Positions 8,996 to 17,230 of a stretch of 56,671 bases of DNA are shown here, in pieces (within the stretch, counting starts at the first letter, position 1; every line of letters begins with the position of its first letter). Position numbers and translations under genes: made by a program. This stretch comes from Anaerolineales bacterium (GTDB lineage: Bacteria > Chloroflexota > Anaerolineae > Anaerolineales > E44-bin32). Where the stretch lies: assembly GCA_036803025.1 (NCBI GenBank), contig DAIRVC010000002.1, positions 1 to 56,671 on the forward strand, in the 5' to 3' direction. Under the pieces are notes generated by a model that was given only the letters and a program-made list of their open reading frames with translations, did not search any database and was not told where the DNA came from.

Positions 8996-9898
8996 ATGTA
9001 TGACCTGATCATCCTCGGCGGCGGCCCTGCGGGCCTGACGGCCACCGCCTACGCCCTGCGCAAGCGGCTCAACGTTCTCCTCATCACCCGCGACTTGGGC
9101 GGGAAGACCAACTATCGCCTGCAGCTGCCTTTCGTCGACAAACACCTGGTCATCAACGGCGAGGAGATCGTCGGGCGGTTCACCAACGAGATCGAGTATC
9201 TGGATTTCGCCCGCGTCTTCGACAAAGCCGAGAAGGTCGAGGCGCTGGAGGACGGTTTCGACGTCTCCACTCGCGAGGGCAAGCGCTATCAGGCCAGGGT
9301 GCTCATCATCGCCACCGGCGCACTCGGCCGGCTGCTGAAGGTGCCGGGGGAGAAGGAGTTTATGAACCGCGGGCTGTGCTACAGCGCCGTCTCCTATGCC
9401 CCGCTGTTCATCGAACGCCAGGCGGTGGTCATCGGCGACGGGACTCTGGCGCTGCGCTCGACCGCCGAACTGGCCAGCATCGCCCGCAAGGTCACCCTGG
9501 TCGCCGCCAGCCACGGGGAACTGGATTCGCCCATGGGGCGCAAGATCCTGGCCAGCCCTAATGTCGAAGTGCTGGAGGGCTTCCAGGTCGAGGCGGTGCT
9601 GGGCGACGAATACGCCCGCCGGCTGGTCATCGCCCGCGAGGATGAAAAGCGCGAGATCGAGGCGGATGCGTTCTTCGTTGAAGTGAGCCTGACCCCGCAG
9701 TCGCAGATCGTCGCCCATCTGGTCAAGGTCGACGATCAGGGGCGGATCGTCGTCGACTCGCGCAACCGCACCTCGCGCCAGGGGATCTTCGCCGCCGGCG
9801 ACGTCACGGACGTCGTTGCCGAGCAGGCCCTGATCGCCATTGGCGAGGGCGCCAAGGCGGCCTTGACCGCCTACGAGTACTTGCTGCAACAGCCGTGA
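8996..9898 (+). CDS. Thioredoxin-reductase-fold flavoprotein lacking the redox-active CxxC
   Basis: FAD motifs ILGGGPAGLTA and IFAAGDV. At the position of the TrxR motif SxCATCDG the sequence reads CYSAVSYA, so both Cys are replaced by Ser. RBS AAAGGAG. Confidence 0.85.
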   Translation: MYDLIILGGGPAGLTATAYALRKRLNVLLITRDLGGKTNYRLQLPFVDKHLVINGEEIVGRFTNEIEYLDFARVFDKAEKVEALEDGFDVSTREGKRYQARVLIIATGALGRLLKVPGEKEFMNRGLCYSAVSYAPLFIERQAVVIGDGTLALRSTAELASIARKVTLVAASHGELDSPMGRKILASPNVEVLEGFQVEAVLGDEYARRLVIAREDEKREIEADAFFVEVSLTPQSQIVAHLVKVDDQGRIVVDSRNRTSRQGIFAAGDVTDVVAEQALIAIGEGAKAALTAYEYLLQQP

Positions 9899-10038
9899 GT
9901 CCCAGCTTGGCGGCGCGCCGCCCGCCAGGACCCGCCCGCGCAGCCGCACCCGTCAGGCTGTGCACCTTGAACAAGCAAGGGATCCCCGCCGGTCAGTCGG
10001 TCGATGGCCGGACGGTTGAAGGCAAAGGAGTGCACTCG

Positions 10039-10605
10039 ATGTCAACTCAGCAGGATCTCAACTACCGACAGCTCATCACTCTGCGCGACGGCGTGCGCGT
10101 GCTGCTGCGCCTGCTGACCGTGGAAGATCGCCAGGCGCTGGTCGATCTCTACCGGCCGGTCGCCCCGGAAGACCTGCGCTACATGCGCCATGACGTCACC
10201 GACCATCGTGTCGTCGAGCCCTGGGTCGACGAGCTCGACTACGACAAGGTCCTGCCGCTCGTCGCCTTGGTCGGCGACCGCATCGTCGGCAACTGCACCC
10301 TGCACCTGGGGAGCGGACCGACGCGGCACGTGGGCGAAGTGCGCATCTACCTATCCAAGGAGTATCGCCGACGCGGCCTGGGGACGCGCATGCTCCAGAC
10401 GCTGGTCGACATGGGCAAGCGCCGCCACATTCACTATGTCCTGGCTCAGGTGGTCGTCGATCAGACCAACGAGGTCAAGGCTTTTCAGCAGATGGGCTTC
10501 GAACGCAAGTGCAACCTGGAGAACTTCTTCATGCTGCCCGACGGTGACCTGCGTGACGTGGTCCAGCTCGTCCTGCGGCTGCGGGCGGTGCACGACGAGT
10601 TCTGA
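10039..10605 (+). CDS. GNAT family N-acetyltransferase
   Basis: The ATG at 10039 is preceded by AAGGAG (10025-10030). The RRGLGTRML acetyl-CoA-binding motif is present. The track start at 9895 gives an implausible Pro/Ala/Arg-rich extension. Confidence 0.8.
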   Translation: MSTQQDLNYRQLITLRDGVRVLLRLLTVEDRQALVDLYRPVAPEDLRYMRHDVTDHRVVEPWVDELDYDKVLPLVALVGDRIVGNCTLHLGSGPTRHVGEVRIYLSKEYRRRGLGTRMLQTLVDMGKRRHIHYVLAQVVVDQTNEVKAFQQMGFERKCNLENFFMLPDGDLRDVVQLVLRLRAVHDEF

Positions 10606-10619
10606 CCGCCCAGCGAGGT

Positions 10620-11552
10620 TCAGCCGCGAGTGACCAACCAGACACCGAGCAGGATCGCCCCGCCCCCGAGCAGGATCGCGGCGGAGATCGGCTCGCCCAG
10701 CAGGGGCGCCGCCAGCGCGGTCGTGACCAGGGGCTCCAGGTAGAGGAATGAGCCGACCTGGGTGGCGTCGACAGCCTGCAGGCCGTCATACCAGAATAGG
10801 TACGCCAGTCCGGAACAAGCCACGCCGAGGAAGACCAGCGCTCCCCATGCGGCCGTGCTCATTTCGGCCAGACCCCGCCATCCCCCGTCCAGTACTGTCC
10901 AGCCTGCGCTGAAGACACACCCGGCCAGGAAGCCGTACAGCAGCAGGGTCACCGCCAGGATGGGTGACTCGTCCGGCGTCTGCCCAGGCAGCCGGTCGCC
11001 GAGGTACCGCTTGCTGACGATGGTGTAGACCGCCCAATTCACGGCGCTGAGCACGATCAGTCCATCGCCGGAGGTGAACGCGCGGCCGCCGGCCAGCGCT
11101 GCCAGACTGCCCCCGCTGATGACGGTCAGCACCCCAACGGCGGCCAGCCCGATCCCCGCCAGCCGCAGGATCCCCAGCCGCTCGTGCAAGAACAACCATC
11201 CCAATAGCGCGACAAACACCGGGATGCTGGCGATGATCCAGGAGGTCACCGTTGCGCTGGCGGTCAGCAGCCCCGTCATCTGCAGCCACTGATGAAACGC
11301 CGTCCCCAGGAAACCGAGCAGGACGACGCCCGGCACGGCCCGGCGCGGCAATCGGCGCAGGCCGCCCCGGCGCCAGACGACTGCCGCCAACACCAGCGTC
11401 CCGATCGAATTGCGCGCGACGGCGATGGCCGACGGGCTGAGCTCGCGCAGCGCGATCTTGATGGCGATGAACGAGGCACCCCAGAAGACGATGGCCAGCA
11501 GCAGCCCGATGAACGCCGTCCGACGCTTCACCGAGGCCGCCTGCGCCGTCAT
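10620..11552 (-). CDS. EamA/DMT-family transporter
   Basis: Ten hydrophobic segments and the duplicated EamA pattern. The ATG at 11552 overlaps the upstream stop (ATGA). The N-terminal 183 codons of the track ORF were rejected. Confidence 0.85.
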   Translation of the reverse strand: MTAQAASVKRRTAFIGLLLAIVFWGASFIAIKIALRELSPSAIAVARNSIGTLVLAAVVWRRGGLRRLPRRAVPGVVLLGFLGTAFHQWLQMTGLLTASATVTSWIIASIPVFVALLGWLFLHERLGILRLAGIGLAAVGVLTVISGGSLAALAGGRAFTSGDGLIVLSAVNWAVYTIVSKRYLGDRLPGQTPDESPILAVTLLLYGFLAGCVFSAGWTVLDGGWRGLAEMSTAAWGALVFLGVACSGLAYLFWYDGLQAVDATQVGSFLYLEPLVTTALAAPLLGEPISAAILLGGGAILLGVWLVTRG

Positions 11553-12583
11553 CCCGCACTGGTCCGCGAGATGGTCATCCGCGCGACATAGCGCGCCACG
11601 CCGCCCAGGCGGTACTTGTAGTCCTCGTCTCCCCGCATGAAGTCGAATTCTGTCCGGCCATTCTCGATCGCCCAGCGGATCAGATGGCCGACCAGGACCC
11701 AACCCAGCGAGAGATCGAGAAAAGCGGGATCCAACCCGGAGTTGTACACCCACACCCGTCCGCCGTAGTCGAGGTTGAGGTAGCCCGCAGCCGGCGTCCC
11801 GCCGACGGAGAGCAGAGCCAATTGCAGCCAGCCGGCCTGGTGCGCGGCGGGCAAGGCGGCGTGGAACTGCGCCCGCATCGCCTGCGTCAGGAAACCGGCC
11901 TTGTGCGGATCGAAGGCCATCAGGCGCATGAAGGTGTCGATGGCGGCGCCGACATCCTCCTGCGGACCGACGATGCGCCAGGAGAGCGGCTGGGGATACG
12001 CCTCCGCCCGGCGCATCTTCCGGCGCAGCTCGTGACGCTGCTTCTTGTCCAGCCCCGCCAGGTATCCTTCCCAGTCGGCAGGCAGACGGATGACCGGGCA
12101 CGGCGACAGCCGCTGGCGCTGTACTGCCCAGCCCTTCGCCCGGGCCGCCGCCTCGATTGCGTCCAGGCTGGGCGACGACTCGGGGATGTTGTAGAGGTCA
12201 AGCACTTGCCAACCGGCCGGTCCGTCCTGATCCAATGCGTCGAGCAGCTCGCCGGCGAACGTCGTCATGTGCTCCGCGGGGACGATCACATCCAGGTAGT
12301 CCGAAATCTCCACGCTACCCAGGAGCATCAGGCCCGCCTGCCCATCGCGCGTGCGAGCGGCGAACAGCGGCGCCAGCCCGGCCAGCGCGCCGCTCTGCTC
12401 ACGCCCAGCGGCGATCCACAGATCGCCGTCCGGCCATTCCCCTCCCCCGCGTGTGGACCACCAGGCCTTCAGGTACTCGTGCCTCAGGAAGGGGACATCG
12501 GTGATCGAGCGGGCCAGCAGGCCGTTCCACTCCCCGGCCAAGGCTTCGAATGCATCCGGGTGGCGATGAAAGGTGACGTGCAT
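11549..12583 (-). CDS. CelD/BioF2-like GNAT-fold acyltransferase
   Basis: 344 aa with the typical family ending …FDFMRGDEDYKYRLGG. RBS AGGAG. Translationally coupled to the EamA gene. Confidence 0.8.
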   Translation of the reverse strand: MHVTFHRHPDAFEALAGEWNGLLARSITDVPFLRHEYLKAWWSTRGGGEWPDGDLWIAAGREQSGALAGLAPLFAARTRDGQAGLMLLGSVEISDYLDVIVPAEHMTTFAGELLDALDQDGPAGWQVLDLYNIPESSPSLDAIEAAARAKGWAVQRQRLSPCPVIRLPADWEGYLAGLDKKQRHELRRKMRRAEAYPQPLSWRIVGPQEDVGAAIDTFMRLMAFDPHKAGFLTQAMRAQFHAALPAAHQAGWLQLALLSVGGTPAAGYLNLDYGGRVWVYNSGLDPAFLDLSLGWVLVGHLIRWAIENGRTEFDFMRGDEDYKYRLGGVARYVARMTISRTSAG

Positions 12584-12610
12584 GCGGCTCCTGCGCTGGC
12601 GGTTCGCCGG

Positions 12611-12619
12611 ATTCTACCA
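12611..12619 (-). promoter_or_regulatory. Extended -10 element TGGTAGAAT for the CelD-like/EamA operon
   Basis: The minus strand reads cTGgTAGAAT, followed by a 27-nt leader containing AGGAG, then the ATG at 12583. Confidence 0.4.
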
Positions 12620-12646
12620 GTCGTGGCAGGCTTCTTGCACACGTCG

Positions 12647-12675
12647 TTGCATGGCCTCCGCCCTTTCTGTACAAT
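12647..12675 (+). promoter_or_regulatory. Sigma70-like promoter TTGCAT-N17-TACAAT; the ATG lies 7 nt after the -10 (leaderless)
   Basis: TTGCAT 12647-12652, TACAAT 12670-12675, ATG 12683. No SD sequence. Confidence 0.5.
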
Positions 12676-12682
12676 TAGCACC

Positions 12683-14872
12683 ATGCCCGTAAACCTGGAC
12701 GCGGACGTCGCGCTGTTGCACGTCGCCGGCGGGGAGGCGCGCGTGACCGCGCCGCCGGGTACGCTGGCATCGACCCCGCCCCGGCGCGCCGGGCGCGGCC
12801 GCGCCGAGGATCTCCTCTTCCTGACCCTCAGTCTGGTCGGCCCGCGGCCGGTCTCCCCCGGTCTGGTCGACCATTTGGCGCAGTTGGCGGCCGATAGCTT
12901 CTACGGCACACCCGGATCCGTGACCGCCGCACTGCGCCAGGCGGCGGAGGAGATCAACGACAACCTGCTCGACGCCAACCAGGATCCGCGCGAGCCTCGC
13001 CAGCTCGAGGGGCGCCTGATGGCCGGCGTCCTGCGCGGGCACGACCTGTTTCTGGCGCAGTGCGGTGTCGGCCAGGCGATTCTCGTTCGGCCTGGTCAGG
13101 TCACCCGCCTGACCTCGGAGGAAGCCGCCGGCCGACCGCTCGGTCAGACAGCCAGTCCGTTCGTCCGCTATCACCATGTCGAAGCTCAAGCGGGGGACCT
13201 GGTCGTCCTGACCAGCGCCCCTCCTCCGGGTTGGTCGGATCCAACCCTCTCCGCCCTGAGCGGCCTGGAGCCGGCCCGCGCCCTCGATCGACTGGTCGCC
13301 GCCAGCAGCGCTGATCTGACCGGGGTTCTGCTGCGGGTGACCGAGCCAGGCACGGCAGCCACGCCGCTCGGTGCGCCGAGCGCAGCCGCCCGACCCTCGG
13401 CGCGTGAGGCAGCCTCCGGGCGCTCACAGCCTGCGCGACCGGTGCGGCCGGCCGCGGCCGGGCTCAGGCAGGCGCAGGCCCGTCCCGCGCGCGCGGCTCG
13501 CCCGGCTCCACGCCCCAAGGGCCCGTCGCGCCTGGCGGCGCTGCGGGTCCGCCTCGAGCCTGTGGCCGCACGCGCCGGCGCCCTGCTCACCGCGCTCGGG
13601 CAGCGGATTGTGAACCTGGTGACCCGACTGGCGCCCGGCCTGGCCGAGCCGCCTCGCCTGGGATCGTTCCGGCCGGGCGCGCTGGCGGCCACGGCCGTGG
13701 CCGTCCCGCTGATTGTGGTGGCCATCGCCAGCGTTGTCTACTTCAGGCAGGGCCGCGGGGAGCAGTTCCAGGAATACCTGGCCCAGGCCCAGGCGGCTAT
13801 CGTCGCCGCGCAGCTCAAGACCGACCCGCAGGAAGCGCTGGCCGATTGGCGGGCCGCACTGGGATGGATCGATCTGGCCGAGTCGTACCGCCGGACCGGC
13901 GATTCCCAAGAGCTGCGCCAGATCATTCAGGAAGCGCTGGACAGCGCCGAGCTCGTCTTACGTCTGGACTACCGTCCCGCGATCAGCGGCGGCTTTGGCG
14001 GCGGCGCCCGCCTGACGGCCATGGCCGCGACCACGACCGACCTGTATGTCTACGATGCCGAACGTCAGCGCATCTGGCGCGCCTGGTCGACCGGGCGCGG
14101 CTACGAGATCGACCGTGACTTCGATTGCCTCGACGGGCAGGGCAGCGTTCCGGGGATGGGCGAGCCGATCGATCTGGTGGCGCTGAACGAACCGGGCATT
14201 CTGGGCGTGGCCGGCGTGGTCGCCGTCGACCAGGACGGCACGCTGGTGTATTGCGGCCCCGAGACCCCCAAGGCCTACTCGGAGCTCACACCGCCGGCCA
14301 CCGGCCTGGGCCGTATCCAGGCCATCGAGGTCTTCTCCAACCGGCTGTACGTGCTCGATCCGGAGGCGAATTCGGTCTGGATCTACGACGCCACCGGCGG
14401 GCTGTTCGCCGGGAATGCCGGGCTGTACTTCGTCGAGGAGACCCCCGACTTGCGCGAGGCGATCGATCTGGCATTGGCGCAGGATCAGCTTCTGCTGCTG
14501 TTTGCCGACGGCCACATGGAGAGCTGCCGGCGCTCGGTCGAGACCGACACCGGGGGCGGGACGCGCATCAGCGTCGAGTGTGAACGCGATCTGCGCTTCC
14601 AGGATGAGCGCGCCGGCTTCGAACCGTCCGACCACATTCTGGGCGCCACGCCGAGGGCGATGGTCTACTCGCCGCCGCCAGAGCCGTCGCTGTACTTCCT
14701 CGATTCAGAGAGCGGGGACGTCTACCTGTACAGCATGCGCCTGGTTTACCAGGGCCGCTTCCTGCCCGCCGAGCCGTTCGAGGCCGTCCCCAATGCCATC
14801 GCCGTCGGGCCGCCCAACGAGTTGTTCGTCGCCGTCGAAGACCAGATCTACTTCGCCCAGCCGCTGCGCTAG
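12683..14872 (+). CDS. Membrane protein: degenerate PP2C/SpoIIE-like N-domain, Ala/Pro/Arg-rich linker, one TM helix, C-terminal beta-propeller-like repeats
   Basis: The in-frame ATG at 12683 removes the antisense-derived first 333 codons of the 1062-aa track ORF. TM helix: ALAATAVAVPLIVVAIASVVYF. Repeats of the type LYVYDAERQRIW, LYVLDPEANSVWIYD and LYFLDSESGDVYLY. Confidence 0.75.
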   Translation: MPVNLDADVALLHVAGGEARVTAPPGTLASTPPRRAGRGRAEDLLFLTLSLVGPRPVSPGLVDHLAQLAADSFYGTPGSVTAALRQAAEEINDNLLDANQDPREPRQLEGRLMAGVLRGHDLFLAQCGVGQAILVRPGQVTRLTSEEAAGRPLGQTASPFVRYHHVEAQAGDLVVLTSAPPPGWSDPTLSALSGLEPARALDRLVAASSADLTGVLLRVTEPGTAATPLGAPSAAARPSAREAASGRSQPARPVRPAAAGLRQAQARPARAARPAPRPKGPSRLAALRVRLEPVAARAGALLTALGQRIVNLVTRLAPGLAEPPRLGSFRPGALAATAVAVPLIVVAIASVVYFRQGRGEQFQEYLAQAQAAIVAAQLKTDPQEALADWRAALGWIDLAESYRRTGDSQELRQIIQEALDSAELVLRLDYRPAISGGFGGGARLTAMAATTTDLYVYDAERQRIWRAWSTGRGYEIDRDFDCLDGQGSVPGMGEPIDLVALNEPGILGVAGVVAVDQDGTLVYCGPETPKAYSELTPPATGLGRIQAIEVFSNRLYVLDPEANSVWIYDATGGLFAGNAGLYFVEETPDLREAIDLALAQDQLLLLFADGHMESCRRSVETDTGGGTRISVECERDLRFQDERAGFEPSDHILGATPRAMVYSPPPEPSLYFLDSESGDVYLYSMRLVYQGRFLPAEPFEAVPNAIAVGPPNELFVAVEDQIYFAQPLR

Positions 14873-14891
14873 GCGGGCTTGCGGCCGGGCT

Positions 14892-14920
14892 TTGACTTTC
14901 ATGCACTGCCCCGTTAGAAT
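14892..14920 (+). promoter_or_regulatory. Sigma70-like promoter TTGACT-N17-TAGAAT upstream of coaE
   Basis: TTGACT 14892-14897, TAGAAT 14915-14920, then RBS GGGAGGAG and GTG at 14954. Confidence 0.55.
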
Positions 14921-14953
14921 CCTCGGCGCGGAACGCCTGCGGGAGGAGTTCGA

Positions 14954-16087
14954 GTGAGCCGCTGGGCTGGCAAGTACGTCATCGGGCTGACCGGGAATAT
15001 CGCCACGGGCAAGAGCGTGGTGCGCAAGATGCTCGAGCATCTGGGGGCCTACGGCATCGATGCCGACGCGCTCTCGCACCGGGCCATGGCCAAGGACGCG
15101 CCCGGCTACCCGGCGGTCGTCAAGGCCTTCGGCGAGTGGATCTGCGACGAAGAGGGCCAGATCGACCGGGGCCGCCTGGCCAAACTGGCCTTCGCCGACC
15201 CGACCGCCCTCGACCGGCTGGAAGCCATCATCCACCCCCTGGTCGGGCATGCCGTCGATCTGCTCATCCGCCGCGCCAAACAGAGCGTCGTGGTCATCGA
15301 GGCCATCAAGATCCTCGAGTCCGACCTGGCCGCCGGCTGTGACACGATCTGGGTGGTCGACGCCCCCGAGATGCTGCAGATCGCCCGCCTGATGCACAAG
15401 CGCAGTCTGTCCGAAGCTGCCGCGCGGCAGCGCATCGCCGCGCAGGCTCCGCAGGCCCTCAAGTTGCGCGCCGCCAAGCTGATCATCCACAATGATGGGT
15501 CGTTCGAGACCGCCTGGGAGCAGGTCCAGGAGGCGTGGGCCAAACTGCCGCGGCCGGAGGAGCCCCTGCTCCACCGTCCGCCGCCGACGCGCCCCGGGCA
15601 GTTCGTCGTTCGCCGCGGGCGTCCGCAAGACGCCGACGAGATCGCCCGCTTCATTACGCGCGTCACGCAGGGGAAGCGCCGCATGACGCGCGGTGATGTG
15701 ATGGCCGCCTTCGGTGAGAAGGCCTACCTGATGATCGAACGCGACGCCAAGCTGGCCGGAGTGGCCGGGTGGCAGGTGGAGAACCTGGTCACGCGCATCG
15801 ACGAACTGTATTTCGAGGCCGGACTGCCCCTCGACCAGGCGATCCCGGCGCTGATGGAGACCGTCGAGACCGCCTCATCGGAGCTGCAAAGCGAGGCCTC
15901 CCTGCTCTTCCTCCCGCCGCATCTCGCCCAACACGCCGGCGCCTGGCGCACGGTCGGCTACCGTCCGCAGACCATTCAGGGGCTGGGCGTGCGCGCCTGG
16001 CAGGAAGCGGCCATCGAGTCGATGCCGCGCGGCGCCTCACTCTGGTTCAAGCGGCTGCGGGAGGATCGGGTTCTCCGACCGGTCTGA
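14954..16087 (+). CDS. coaE: Dephospho-CoA kinase fused to a C-terminal GNAT-like domain
   Basis: GLTGNIATGKS P-loop and a CoaE-like first ~200 aa. The extra ~170 aa (VVRRGRPQDADEIARF…AYLMIERDAKLAGVAGW…) look GNAT-like. GTG start with a strong RBS. Confidence 0.88.
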   Translation: MSRWAGKYVIGLTGNIATGKSVVRKMLEHLGAYGIDADALSHRAMAKDAPGYPAVVKAFGEWICDEEGQIDRGRLAKLAFADPTALDRLEAIIHPLVGHAVDLLIRRAKQSVVVIEAIKILESDLAAGCDTIWVVDAPEMLQIARLMHKRSLSEAAARQRIAAQAPQALKLRAAKLIIHNDGSFETAWEQVQEAWAKLPRPEEPLLHRPPPTRPGQFVVRRGRPQDADEIARFITRVTQGKRRMTRGDVMAAFGEKAYLMIERDAKLAGVAGWQVENLVTRIDELYFEAGLPLDQAIPALMETVETASSELQSEASLLFLPPHLAQHAGAWRTVGYRPQTIQGLGVRAWQEAAIESMPRGASLWFKRLREDRVLRPV

Positions 16088-16184
16088 CCCTCGGCCCGCC
16101 CCGCGCACCTTGCCCTGCCTCCAGCCCCGCCGACCCCGGCGGGGCGGTTGCTCCCCAGGGGTCGCGCCGGCCTCCGAATCAGAA

Positions 16185-16208
16185 GGGGCTGCCTGGGTAG
16201 GCAGCCCC
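16185..16208. terminator. 9-bp stem-loop between convergent genes (likely bidirectional terminator)
   Basis: GGGGCTGCC-TGGGTA-GGCAGCCCC. On the minus strand it is followed by UUCUGAUUC. Confidence 0.5.
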
Positions 16209-16232
16209 GCGTAGGCCGATGCTTTTCGGGAC

Positions 16233-17180
16233 CTACCACCACACCCGGAACGAGTCCCTCGTCGTCGCCCTCAGATCGCCGTAGTTGACGACGAACTCCA
16301 GCTCGACGCTGCTGCCGGGCGGGACGCCATCATAGGCCAGGGTCAGGCGGCTCAGGCCGTCCGCGTCGGTCAGCGGCATGATCACGGTCTGATCCAACCC
16401 GGGGAAGTGAGCGATCAGGACGACCGATGCGCCGACGATCGGGTTGGCCGTCTGGTCGCGCACCAGGACATACAGTTCCTGGGTGTCGTCGGTGAGCGTC
16501 ACCGGCCGCCACACCGAAGCCTGGGCGTTCAACTCGACAACGCGATAGAAGATCGGGTCGCTGGGAAGGTGCGGGCGGAGGAGCGCCGGGTCATAGCCCT
16601 GGCGGTCGAAGTGCAGTCGCCCGAGGGATCCTACCTGCACGCGCCCGCCGCCGGGCGCATCCGGGCGCCAATCGAGACGAAAGCCTTGGAAGTACTGGAC
16701 GATCTGGTCGCCCTGCAACGTGAACTCCGAGATCGGGTAGCCGAAGACCGCCGGTCCGCCGTGGGCCTCGAAGTACGCCAGGAAGGCATGGCAGACGTTG
16801 TGGCCCGACTCTGCGAAGTAACGGCAGCCGCGATCCCCGCTGGCGGGTGACTGCGGCTCACCCAGATCGAGCGCTTCCCCCAGGCTGCTCAGGCGGGCAA
16901 CTGCGCCGGCCCCATACAGATCCGGGACCAGCTCCAGCCGGGCGGCCTGGGTGTATTGGATGAGCATCGCGGACTGGGGATCAATGAAGGCGTCGGTGAT
17001 CGGGTAGCCGAGGATCTCCAGCCCGCCGCGGCTGTCGTAGTAGTCCACGAACTCAGATGCCAGCGTGTGCCCGGACTCAGGGTAGTAGCGGCCGCCGGAT
17101 CCGAGAGCAAGGGACGGCATAGCCGTAGCCGTCAAGGCTCCAAATGCGACCACCACCGCCAGGGCTGTCCGCCTAGTCAT
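16233..17180 (-). CDS. Secreted protein with two tandem ~70-aa repeats and a C-terminal Ig-like region
   Basis: Signal peptide MTRRTALAVVVAFGALTATAMPSLA. Repeats: YYPESGHTLASEFVDYYDSRGGLEILGYPIT and YFAESGHNVCHAFLAYFEAHGGPAVFGYPIS. Confidence 0.8.
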   Translation of the reverse strand: MTRRTALAVVVAFGALTATAMPSLALGSGGRYYPESGHTLASEFVDYYDSRGGLEILGYPITDAFIDPQSAMLIQYTQAARLELVPDLYGAGAVARLSSLGEALDLGEPQSPASGDRGCRYFAESGHNVCHAFLAYFEAHGGPAVFGYPISEFTLQGDQIVQYFQGFRLDWRPDAPGGGRVQVGSLGRLHFDRQGYDPALLRPHLPSDPIFYRVVELNAQASVWRPVTLTDDTQELYVLVRDQTANPIVGASVVLIAHFPGLDQTVIMPLTDADGLSRLTLAYDGVPPGSSVELEFVVNYGDLRATTRDSFRVWW

Positions 17181-17189
17181 GACATAACG

Positions 17190-17217
17190 AGTATAGCCCG
17201 CTTCGCAAGGGGCGCAA
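17190..17217 (-). promoter_or_regulatory. Promoter-like TTGCGC-N16-TATACT, with the ATG 9 nt after the -10 (near-leaderless)
   Basis: Minus strand: TTGCGCcccttgcgaagcgggcTATACTcgttatgtcATG(17180). Confidence 0.4.
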
Positions 17218-17230
17218 GCGCCACGGCTGG

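Noticed and set aside
7538-9949. 803-aa ORF on the minus strand spanning the malic enzyme and TrxR-like genes
   Set aside because: Its translation is low-complexity (Arg/Gly/Ala/Asp/Leu-rich) with no recognisable domain. The plus strand encodes two clearly homologous proteins with good RBSs. This is a typical stop-poor antisense frame in high-GC DNA.
11553-12101. N-terminal 183-codon extension of the EamA ORF (track 10620-12101)
   Set aside because: It overlaps the CelD-like CDS in another frame and is Arg/Gly/Pro-rich. The ATGA-coupled ATG at 11552 gives a normal transporter N-terminus.
11684-12682. First 333 codons of the 1062-aa ORF 11684-14872
   Set aside because: This part is antisense to the CelD-like gene and compositionally unlike protein. 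A promoter and an in-frame ATG at 12683 define the real start.
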